From Synechococcus sp. (lineage in GTDB: Bacteria; Cyanobacteriota; Cyanobacteriia; Thermostichales; PCC-7336): a DNA stretch of 14,973 bases. Under the pieces are notes generated by a model. The model made no database searches. It was not told where the DNA came from and saw only the letters and a program-made list of their open reading frames with translations. Where the stretch lies: the NCBI GenBank assembly GCA_051439425.1, contig JBFRWD010000087.1:1-14973 (forward strand), written 5' to 3'. Below are positions 1 through 7,696 of the stretch, piece by piece (position 1 is the stretch's first letter; the number at the start of each line of letters is the position of its first letter). The translations under genes were made by a program, and so were the position numbers.

Positions 1-195
1 GAGCAGGTGATTGCCACGTACGGCCCCCCTGGCGAGAATGGCTACAACGAAGTCAACCCCTTCCCCGCCAGCAGCCGCACCAGCCAAGATGCGGAGCTAT
101 ATTTCATCAACTACGATGCGCTAGGAATTAGCTTTGCCTTCCAGTCTGGAACCAACCAGGTGCAAGCCATTGGTTTGTATAAGCCCGGCAGCTAG
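1..195 (+). CDS. 3' end of a hypothetical protein, truncated by the window edge
   Basis: Frame 1 is open from base 1 (EQVIATYGPPGENG...QAIGLYKPGS) to TAG at 193-195. Same strand as the next genes. No family recognised. Confidence 0.6.
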   Translation, partial: EQVIATYGPPGENGYNEVNPFPASSRTSQDAELYFINYDALGISFAFQSGTNQVQAIGLYKPGS

Positions 196-261
196 TCCCC
201 TTCTAGCGGCAACACAGATTGGCCCAATCCTTGAGTGACCTCACGTCGGATTCCCGTCAGC

Positions 262-1035
262 ATGAACACCATTGAACTTGGAGCGTTGGCCAGTCTGGCA
301 GCAGGATTAGCAACTGGGCTGGGGGCCACCCCCGTGTTTGTTACCCAAGGAATGAGCGAACGCATTCAGGGCATCATGCTGGGGTTTGGGGGCGGTGTAA
401 TGCTGGCGGCAACCGCCTTCTCCCTGATTGTTCCTGGCACAGATGCGGCGATCGCGCTAGGGCTCTCCACTGCTCATGCTGCCGGTCTGATGGTGGCTGG
501 CATTTTGTTGGGGGGCATGTTTTTATGGTTGGCCAATACCTTTTTTCCCCACGAACACTTTTTCAAAGGCAAGGAAGGCTCCCTCTCGAATAACCTACAG
601 CGTATCTGGCTGTTTGTGATTGCCATCACCCTGCACAATTTCCCGGAAGGACTCGCGGTTGGTGTAGGGTTTGGGGCTGGTGATTTGCATAACGGGACAG
701 CGCTGGCGGCTGGCATCGGGCTACAGAATTTGCCGGAAGGATTGGTGGTGGCATTGGCGTTGAAGGGATTGCAATATTCGGCTTTATCCGCATTTGGGGT
801 GTCGCTACTCACCGGTCTGGTTGAACCGCTGGGAGGGGTGATTGGGGCCGGTACCGTTCAGGTGGCGCAGTTCATTTTGCCGTGGGGAATGGCATTTGCT
901 GCTGGGGCGATGCTGTTTGTGATTTGCGACGAAATCATTCCGGAAACTAGCCGCAAGGGGTACGAGCAAGAAGGCACGTTGGGCATCATGATTGGCTTTG
1001 TGGTCATGATGTTTTTGGATATTTCCTTGGGCTAA
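262..1035 (+). CDS. zupT: ZIP family divalent metal transporter (ZupT/GufA-like)
   Basis: Highly hydrophobic. Has the ZIP metal-site motifs HNFPEG and QNLPEG, a PHEHF loop, LVEP, and AAGAMLFVICDEIIPE. ATG at 262 is preferred over GTG at 235. Confidence 0.92.
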   Translation: MNTIELGALASLAAGLATGLGATPVFVTQGMSERIQGIMLGFGGGVMLAATAFSLIVPGTDAAIALGLSTAHAAGLMVAGILLGGMFLWLANTFFPHEHFFKGKEGSLSNNLQRIWLFVIAITLHNFPEGLAVGVGFGAGDLHNGTALAAGIGLQNLPEGLVVALALKGLQYSALSAFGVSLLTGLVEPLGGVIGAGTVQVAQFILPWGMAFAAGAMLFVICDEIIPETSRKGYEQEGTLGIMIGFVVMMFLDISLG

Positions 1036-1119
1036 ATGACAGGGTAATCGTTTAGATAGCAAGCGTGTACCAAGCCCGGCACGTCATAATGACTGGAGAT
1101 GTCGTGACTTACGAGTGAT

Positions 1120-1998
1120 ATGTCCGCACTCACGCAACCCAACACTCCTTGGCTATACCGCTATTCCCGCACCATCATGTCCGTGTTTGCGGTACTGGGA
1201 GGAATGCTGACCGCCTATCTGACCGCCAGTAAAATAGCAGCCCAGAAAGTTGCCATGTGTGGGACAGGCCAGGGATGTGACTTGGTGTTAGGTAGCCGTT
1301 GGGCCACATTTTTGGGGGTGCCGACTGCGGCTATCGGTTTGTTGGGGTTCTTGGCGGTACTGTTCTTGGCTGCGCTCCCCGATGACATCCCACTCCTAAA
1401 ACGTTGGCGCTGGCCTGCACTGTTCGCCGTTTCAACGTCCATGTTTGCCTTCGAGATGTACATGGTGTATCTCATGGCAGTTGTGCTGCGCTCGTTTTGC
1501 CCCTATTGCGCAGTGGCGATCGCCATCACCACAGGCATTTGGGTCACGGTATTGTTTGGCCGCTCTTGGGTCGATACCGTGCAGCTTATTATTGGCGGCG
1601 CTGCAGTTGCTCTGGTCACAATCCTCATCACCGTTGGTGTCTATGCCAGCCAGCCCCAACCTCCTAGTGCGTTGGCCGCCGGCGTTGCCCACCACCTCCA
1701 CCACCAAGACATCAAAATGTACGGTGCGAGTTGGTGCCCCCACTGTGCGGAACAAAAGATGCTGTTTGGAAGTGCGTTTAAGGACGTTCCGTACGTTGAA
1801 TGCTCCCCTTACGGTGGCCCCGGTACTCCCCAAGCCCCTGTCTGTGCGGCAGAAGATATTAAGAGCTATCCCACCTGGATTTATGAGGGGGAGCGAATCT
1901 ACGGTATCCAAACCTTGGAAGAACTTGCCGAACTCACGGAGTTTGATGTCTCGACAGTTGCAGACTCTCCGGAACAGGCCAGCGATCTCGGTAGCTAA
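1120..1998 (+). CDS. Vitamin K epoxide reductase (VKOR)-thioredoxin fusion; disulfide bond formation protein (cyanobacterial DsbAB / plant LTO1 type)
   Basis: VKOR loop cysteines (MCGTGQGCDLVLGSRWA), membrane CPYC motif, then a Trx-like domain with YGASWCPHC, YVEC, a further Cys and YPTW. Confidence 0.93.
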   Translation: MSALTQPNTPWLYRYSRTIMSVFAVLGGMLTAYLTASKIAAQKVAMCGTGQGCDLVLGSRWATFLGVPTAAIGLLGFLAVLFLAALPDDIPLLKRWRWPALFAVSTSMFAFEMYMVYLMAVVLRSFCPYCAVAIAITTGIWVTVLFGRSWVDTVQLIIGGAAVALVTILITVGVYASQPQPPSALAAGVAHHLHHQDIKMYGASWCPHCAEQKMLFGSAFKDVPYVECSPYGGPGTPQAPVCAAEDIKSYPTWIYEGERIYGIQTLEELAELTEFDVSTVADSPEQASDLGS

Positions 1999-2046
1999 CC
2001 ATCTGATTGGCATATCGGACATCTGCGAATTGCAGCCCTGTCAACC

Positions 2047-2087
2047 TGAGTCCTCGTCTAATTGAGTCCTCGTCTAATTGAGTTCTC
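2047..2087. repeat. Tandem direct repeat, 16-bp unit TGAGTCCTCGTCTAAT, about 2.5 copies
   Basis: Identical copies at 2047-2062 and 2063-2078, partial copy TGAGTTCTC at 2079-2087. Confidence 0.9.
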
Positions 2088-2158
2088 AACAGGGCACTGT
2101 GCCGCCATTGCGGATTTGTCTGGGTAAAGTTCGCTTTAGTTACCTCTCTACTCAGGAC

Positions 2159-2689
2159 ATGTTTAAGCGCCTAGTTACTCCCTTGGCTTCGCTCGCGACC
2201 GCCGCTACAGCTACCATCGCTACAGCCACTATCGCCATTAACATTGCCCCTGCCTCAGCCCAGTCCGCTACAACATCTGCGGATGGCCGTTATTCCGGGT
2301 TGGTGCAGATTATGACCTGTCCTGACGATCGCGGTACCTATGGCGAATACAACGACTACGGCTATTGGGGAGGAGGGGCCTGGTGTGGCCAGACCGGAGA
2401 AGCTGGTTTTTGGGTGTACTCCTATCCCAATTGGTACGTCTGGGAACAAGAAGGGCACAGCACCAATCAGAAAATTTCAGCCAACATTAGTCTGCCTGCC
2501 CTTGCTTCAGCCAATGGCAACTACTATCGTCTCGAACAAATTTTGACCTGTGCAGCCGATCGTGATGCCTACGGCGATCACAACGATTACGGCTATTGGG
2601 GTGGGGGAGCCTGGTGCGGACAGACTGGCGTAGAAGGATATTGGGTGTACGTCTATCCCAACTGGTATGTCTGGCAAGGTGCTCGCTAG
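2159..2689 (+). CDS. Secreted hypothetical protein with two 56-aa Trp/Tyr/Gly/Cys-rich repeats
   Basis: ATG at 2159 starts a Sec-type signal (MFKRLVTPLASLATAA...APASA|Q). Repeats at 2276-2443 and 2507-2674 align without gaps, 40/56 identical by manual count. Confidence 0.85.
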   Translation: MFKRLVTPLASLATAATATIATATIAINIAPASAQSATTSADGRYSGLVQIMTCPDDRGTYGEYNDYGYWGGGAWCGQTGEAGFWVYSYPNWYVWEQEGHSTNQKISANISLPALASANGNYYRLEQILTCAADRDAYGDHNDYGYWGGGAWCGQTGVEGYWVYVYPNWYVWQGAR

Positions 2690-2818
2690 GGCAGTGGCCA
2701 TACCGCTACCGAAATGAAAAACGCTATAAAAGCGCGTACATAAACTGGCCGATCGCTCTGGGAGGGCAAGGACTGTCGTATCCTGACAAACGGATGGATC
2801 GCGATGGGAGCAGTAGTC

Positions 2819-3760
2819 GTGCGAATTTTGGTGATGGGGGGAACCCGATTTGTGGGAGTCGCTCTAACGGAAGCGTTAGTGGCTGCCGGTCACGAAGTAG
2901 TGCTATTCAATCGCGGTAATCGTCCCGCTCCGGTCGAAGGACTTCAGCAAATTCATGGCGATCGCAAAGATCCCCAACAGCTCAGAGAAAAGCTGGCCGG
3001 TCAACGGTTTGATGCAGTCTTTGACAATAATGGACGGGAACTGAGCGACACCCAGCCCTTGGTGGAATGCCTGCAAGACAGCAACCTGCAGCATTTTGTT
3101 TACATGAGTTCTGCCGGGGTTTATCTTAAGTCGAACCTGATGCCCCACATCGAAGGGGACGCCCTCGATCCCAAGAGCCGCCACAAGGGCAAGGGTAATA
3201 CGGAAGCTTACCTACAGTCCCAGTTCGAAGCGAACGGCTTTCCCTATACCTCGATTCGTCCCGTCTACATCTACGGTGCAGGCAACTACAACGACATCGA
3301 AGCGTTCTTCTTCGATCGCCTCTATCGCAACCGCCCCATCCTCGTTCCCGACAATGGCCAGTGGATCACCCAACTAGGCCACGTTAAAGATCTGGCCGCT
3401 GCTATGGTTGCAGTCTTGGGGAACGACACGGCCAAGGGCCAGATTTATAACATTTCCGATACCCGCTGTATTACCTTCAATGGCTTGGTGGAGGAATGTG
3501 CCGCAGTGATAGGCAAAGAAGCCAAAATCGTCCACTTCGACCCCAAGCAGTTCGATCTAGGCAAACGCAAAGCGTTCCCATTGCGCGGTCAGCATTTCTT
3601 CGCGTCCATCACCAAAGCCCAAACCGAGCTGAATTGGACACCGCAAATTTCGCTGTCAGATGGAGTAAAAGACTTTTGGGATCGAGACTTTATCGCTTCC
3701 GGGCGTCACCAAACTGAGGTAGATTTTGCGATCGACGAGCAAATCCTAGCCCGGTTTTAA
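2819..3760 (+). CDS. NAD-dependent epimerase/dehydratase family atypical SDR, CSP41-like (chloroplast stem-loop RNA-binding protein homolog)
   Basis: GTG at 2819 with GGAG at 2807-2810. MRILVMGGTRFVG Rossmann start, FNRG, FDNNGRE, SSAGVY, KSRHKGK, RPVYIYG and KAFP motifs match cyanobacterial CSP41 homologs. Confidence 0.9.
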   Translation: MRILVMGGTRFVGVALTEALVAAGHEVVLFNRGNRPAPVEGLQQIHGDRKDPQQLREKLAGQRFDAVFDNNGRELSDTQPLVECLQDSNLQHFVYMSSAGVYLKSNLMPHIEGDALDPKSRHKGKGNTEAYLQSQFEANGFPYTSIRPVYIYGAGNYNDIEAFFFDRLYRNRPILVPDNGQWITQLGHVKDLAAAMVAVLGNDTAKGQIYNISDTRCITFNGLVEECAAVIGKEAKIVHFDPKQFDLGKRKAFPLRGQHFFASITKAQTELNWTPQISLSDGVKDFWDRDFIASGRHQTEVDFAIDEQILARF

Positions 3761-3761
3761 T

Positions 3762-4049
3762 TCAAAGAAACGCAAGAAATCCGAAGCGCCGTATCAGTAT
3801 TTGGCAGTGAATCAAGACTATCTGGTGAACGATGAAGAGCGGGAGCAGACGAATCAGCCTTACAGTAGTCAGGTAGCTGAATCTCATATCGAATCGCTCG
3901 TGAATGCTCGCCAAAAGAAGAGTGGAAAAATGCAGTGGACTCGTGATGGCGCTCATAAAGTCCTGCAGATCGGAGGAATGATTGCCAGCAACGAATAGGG
4001 GCAAAGATGGCAACCTGCTGTTCTTAAAGCTTTAAGAGCTGCCGCTTAA
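3762..4049 (+). pseudogene. C-terminal fragment of an ISKra4-family transposase with an internal stop
   Basis: Reads YQYLAVNQDYLVND...SSQVAESHIESLVNARQKKSGKMQWTRDGAHKVLQI...NE*GQRWQPAVLKALRAAA*. It resembles ISKra4 C-termini (M-W---GAH--LQ). TAG at 3996-3998 is probably a former TGG. No N-terminal part is present. Confidence 0.75.
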
Positions 4050-4061
4050 AAGCTACATGGA

Positions 4062-4082
4062 CTACAAATATAGTTCGCTTTC
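4062..4082. mobile_element. Possible degenerate right terminal inverted repeat of the ISKra4 remnant
   Basis: CTACAAATATAGTTCGCTTTC lies just after the transposase stop and resembles the ...CGCTCTC ends recalled for this family. No left end is available to compare. Confidence 0.35.
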
Positions 4083-4153
4083 AGATGTCCTTCTATTGCA
4101 GGATGAGATGTAGTGAATTCATGAAATAAGGACTTAGCCCTCCTGTCAGTTTC

Positions 4154-4169
4154 TGTAATTCTGTCTACA
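4154..4169. promoter_or_regulatory. Candidate NtcA-binding site
   Basis: TGTA-ATTCTGTC-TACA is an exact tGTA-N8-TACa match in an intergenic region. The hexamer 22 nt downstream is TAACAG, an imperfect -10. Confidence 0.4.
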
Positions 4170-4585
4170 GTGGATGTTAGTTGGTTAACTTAACAGCGAA
4201 AATCTTTTATATGGAGAATAATACCTGTCCTCCCTTGTCAACGCTCTTCAACGATTATTTTGCATTGTTGGCGTGAAATGGCCTCAAGCTCCCTTTTGAT
4301 AGTGTTGAGTGATGTTGAGCTTAAGTGTTATATAGCACTGCCAAGCGCGTAGGAAGCCATCGACCTGTCTGTGTTAGACACGCACATCAGCTGCAACAGC
4401 TTTACTTGGCTGGCTCGGTCGAAGGATCTTAGTGCGGAACCTCTGCTGCTAAGACCTTTGCTAGATGATTTGAGGGCTTTCTCGATCTCGCAGAAGAATA
4501 GAGAGTACCACTCGATATGTACTTGTACCTATTTGTGATTTAAGATAACTTGACTTAAAGAAATATATTGCAATGGGTGACGCAC

Positions 4586-5935
4586 ATGGCAATTGAAGGT
4601 ACGACTATGCATCGTGTAGCAGTTATCGGCGGTGGATTTGGCGGACTGAATGCTGCTCGTGCGCTTGGTGATGCACCAGTTGAAGTAACCCTGATTGATA
4701 AGCGTAACTTTCATCTCTTTCAGCCACTTCTCTACCAGGTTGCGACCGGAAATGTGTCTCCAGCTGATATTTCAGCTCCTTTACGATCGGTTTTGAGTAA
4801 GAACTCCAATACTACCGTTCTGCTTGATGAAGCTGTAGGACTTGACCCCGACAAGCAACAAATTGAACTAAGAGATGGCACCGTCACATACGACACGCTG
4901 ATTATCGCTACCGGTTCTAGTCACCATTATTTTGGAAACGATCAGTGGAGCGAAATGGCTCCCGGCCTGAAAACTGTTGAGGATGCACTCAACATACGCC
5001 GACAGGTATTTGAGGCATTTGAGGCGGCGGAAAAAGAAGTAGAGGAGAAGAAGCGCCGTCAATTGTTAACGTTTGTTGTTGTTGGCGCAGGTCCAACTGG
5101 TGTAGAGCTAGCAGGGGCGATCGCCGAGCTAGCCTACGTCACAATGAAGCGCGATTTCCGCAATATCGATACTTCGGAAACGCGAATTATTCTACTAGAA
5201 GGTGCGGATCGCGTTCTGCCTCCATTTAGCCATCAATCCTCAGAGGAGGCGACTGATGCGCTGCAACAGTTAGGTGTCACGATTCGCACGAAGTCCTTAG
5301 TCACCAATATTGAAGATAAAGTCCTCACCGTTAAGACCGGTGACGAAGTAGAAGAGATTCAAGCCGGAACGATCTTATGGGCGGCGGGAGTAAAGGCATC
5401 TGGATTAGGTAAGGTTCTGGCCGAGAAGACTGGGGCAGAGTTGGATCGGGCTGGCCGAGTCATGGTTCAGAATGACTTAAGCCTAGTCAACTATTCCAAC
5501 ATTCATATTGTTGGTGACCTCGCTCACGTTCAACAAGACGAGCGTCCTCTACCTGGAGTTGCGCCGGTAGCGATGCAGGAAGGCGAGTACGTTGCAGGTC
5601 TGATTAAGGATCGATTGGCAGGCAAGGAGACAAAGCCATTCCAATATGTCGATCGCGGCAGTATGGCAATCATCGGCCAGAATAAGGCTGTAGCTGATAT
5701 GAAGCTCATGAACCAAACTTTAAATCTTAAGGGGCCATTTGCTTGGTTAGTTTGGCTACTTGCTCATATTTATTTCTTAATCGAATTTGACAGCAAAATT
5801 ATTGTCACAACCCAGTGGGTGTGGAACTTCTTCACTCGCAAGCGTGGTGCGCGACTGATCACCGAAGCTGGCGCTCAATCTCAGATGACTGTTCAGGTCC
5901 CAGATACCCGCGAGTCGGCTCTGCAAAAGGTTTGA
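4586..5935 (+). CDS. ndh: Type II NADH:quinone oxidoreductase (NDH-2, NdbA-like)
   Basis: FAD motif VIGGGFGG, HLFQPLLYQVATG, second Rossmann motif VVVGAGPTGVELAG, WAAGV, GDLA, and PGVAPVAMQEG. Start is ATG 4586 or 4607. Confidence 0.93.
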   Translation: MAIEGTTMHRVAVIGGGFGGLNAARALGDAPVEVTLIDKRNFHLFQPLLYQVATGNVSPADISAPLRSVLSKNSNTTVLLDEAVGLDPDKQQIELRDGTVTYDTLIIATGSSHHYFGNDQWSEMAPGLKTVEDALNIRRQVFEAFEAAEKEVEEKKRRQLLTFVVVGAGPTGVELAGAIAELAYVTMKRDFRNIDTSETRIILLEGADRVLPPFSHQSSEEATDALQQLGVTIRTKSLVTNIEDKVLTVKTGDEVEEIQAGTILWAAGVKASGLGKVLAEKTGAELDRAGRVMVQNDLSLVNYSNIHIVGDLAHVQQDERPLPGVAPVAMQEGEYVAGLIKDRLAGKETKPFQYVDRGSMAIIGQNKAVADMKLMNQTLNLKGPFAWLVWLLAHIYFLIEFDSKIIVTTQWVWNFFTRKRGARLITEAGAQSQMTVQVPDTRESALQKV

Positions 5936-5969
5936 ACTTTCGCTTGGTTCTACGTTTCTTACTCGCATC

Positions 5970-6008
5970 ACCCTCTAGACTCGGCAATGCTGGGTTTGGA
6001 GGGTTTTT
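5970..6008 (+). terminator. Intrinsic terminator of ndh
   Basis: 16-bp stem ACCCTCTAGACTCGGC / GCTGGGTTTGGAGGGT with an AAT loop, followed by a T run. Four G-U pairs work only on the + strand transcript. Confidence 0.8.
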
Positions 6009-6258
6009 GATATGGTGGCTTCTTATGCCTGCTTGAACGATATAGCAGTGGCCATATCACTGCTGACATTTCAGCGATGTCTAAACCTGACTGCGATGGT
6101 AACCTCTGTCCTATCTGAAATGGCAAATACTATAGCCTTGGTAAATCGAAGCTTCTTGCCTCGCCCAGTTTCGCTCTTGACTCACCCCTTTGAATAGAAC
6201 GGCTTGTCTTCGTCTCTCTGTAGCCAAGTAACAATCTCCGAGGAATATCTCGAGTTCT

Positions 6259-7416
6259 ATGATTCTGAATGTCTTCGATCGCAGTCTTCAAGTAGCGATT
6301 GTTCACGAGTGGTTTGTAGACTATTCAGGGTCGGAGCGAGTGGTCGAACAGTTGCTCAATCTATTCCCGCAAGCGGATTTGTTTGCGGTGGTGGAAAACT
6401 TGCCTCCGGAGTTGACCGGGTTTATTCAGCACAAACCAGTCCAAACAACGTTTATTCAAAAACTGCCGTGGGGAAAGCAAAAGTACCAGCAATACTTACC
6501 CTTAATGCCGCTAGCGATTGAGCAGTTCGATCTATCTAGCTACAACCTAATTCTGTCCAGTGCCCATGCCGTGTCGAAAGGTGTTTTGACTGGGCCAAGC
6601 CAATGTCATGTCAGCTACGTTCATTCACCCATGCGCTATGCCTGGGATTTGCAGCATCAATATTTGGCTGAATCGGGGCTGAAGTGGGGCCCTAAAGGGG
6701 TATTAGCACGATATTTTCTGCACAATCTGCGGCAGTGGGATCGGCTTAGTGCCCAAGGGGTGGACTATTTTGCGGCTAACTCTAAGTTCATTGCCCAGCG
6801 CATACAAAAGGTCTATCGTCGCCATGCCAGAGTCATTTATCCTCCAGTCGATATCGATCGCTTCGAGATGGCGGGTAGTAATCAACGAGGAGATTACTAT
6901 TTAACGGCCTGTCGTATGGTGCCTTACAAGCGGATGGAGCTGATTGTAGAGGCCTTTGCTCGCATGCCCAATCGCAAGTTAGTAGCGATTGGTGATGGGC
7001 CTGGTTTGGCTCGGGTGCAGCGACTAGCCGGGGCCAATGTGGAGCTGTTGGGATATCAGTCTGCGGAGCAGCTTGTGCACTACATGCAGCAGGCAAAGGC
7101 CTTTGTATTTGCAGCTCAAGAGGACTTTGGTATTACGTTGGTGGAGGCTCAGGCTTGCGGAACTCCAGTGATTGCTTATGGCGCAGGTGGAGCGTTGGAA
7201 ACGGTGAACGGGGTAGGGAGCGATCGGCCCACAGGCGTGTTGTTCTCCGAACAAACGGTCGACAGTCTTATTAGCGCGATCGAGACGTTCGAGACACACT
7301 CATTGTCTGCTCAATCTTGCAGGGACAATGCGAAGCGGTTCGGGATTGCACAATTCAGGAGTGACTTTTCGGATTATGTTGCAGATTGTTGGACCGATTT
7401 TTGGAACCAGTCCTAA
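6259..7416 (+). CDS. Glycosyltransferase family 4 (GT-B; WbaZ-like putative mannosyltransferase)
   Basis: VAIVHEW...GSERV, YVHSPMRYAWD, ANSKFIA, IYPPVD, RMVPYKR, and the EX7E motif EDFGITLVEAQACGTPVIA. Confidence 0.92.
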   Translation: MILNVFDRSLQVAIVHEWFVDYSGSERVVEQLLNLFPQADLFAVVENLPPELTGFIQHKPVQTTFIQKLPWGKQKYQQYLPLMPLAIEQFDLSSYNLILSSAHAVSKGVLTGPSQCHVSYVHSPMRYAWDLQHQYLAESGLKWGPKGVLARYFLHNLRQWDRLSAQGVDYFAANSKFIAQRIQKVYRRHARVIYPPVDIDRFEMAGSNQRGDYYLTACRMVPYKRMELIVEAFARMPNRKLVAIGDGPGLARVQRLAGANVELLGYQSAEQLVHYMQQAKAFVFAAQEDFGITLVEAQACGTPVIAYGAGGALETVNGVGSDRPTGVLFSEQTVDSLISAIETFETHSLSAQSCRDNAKRFGIAQFRSDFSDYVADCWTDFWNQS

Positions 7417-7696
7417 GGTTTTTGCTCCAATGCCCATTGTCCCAGTAATAGATGTTCGATTGACTTGAGAGGTCGTTAGGTAGGACATACTTTTTGCAAC
7501 TGACTCGTCGACTCTGGTGTTCCCCACAATTGCTGCGAGGCCATGGGGAGTCCTGAAAAAGCTCATATCCATATCCTGATGAGCGAAACAGGAGTTTGTG
7601 GTTTGTCTTTCGCGAGTTGGGTTGTGCACCGTCATCCTGAACATCTGTTGCATTGCTCAATTGGGATGTCTTGCTGAACGTTAGCTAGGTTATTTC

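Noticed and set aside
1404..2065. Long overlapping alternative ORFs (1432-2022 minus, 1445-2065 plus, 1404-1667 plus) and similar shadow ORFs elsewhere
   Set aside because: They overlap well-supported genes, have no recognisable motifs and look like off-frame or antisense shadows.
2047..2087. CRISPR array
   Set aside because: The units are 16 bp and directly adjacent, with no spacers and no cas genes.
4534..4549. CRP- or Rex-type site upstream of ndh
   Set aside because: Only the TGTGA half is present. The second half (ATAAC) does not match TCACA.
6012..6197. 61-aa ORF between ndh and the glycosyltransferase
   Set aside because: It starts right after a terminator, with no ribosome-binding site or recognisable motif.
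7576..7608. Hammerhead ribozyme core (CTGATGA...GAAAC...GTC)
   Set aside because: Only GC lies between CTGATGA and GAAA, so there is no stem II, and no stem I pairing can be formed with either nearby GTC.
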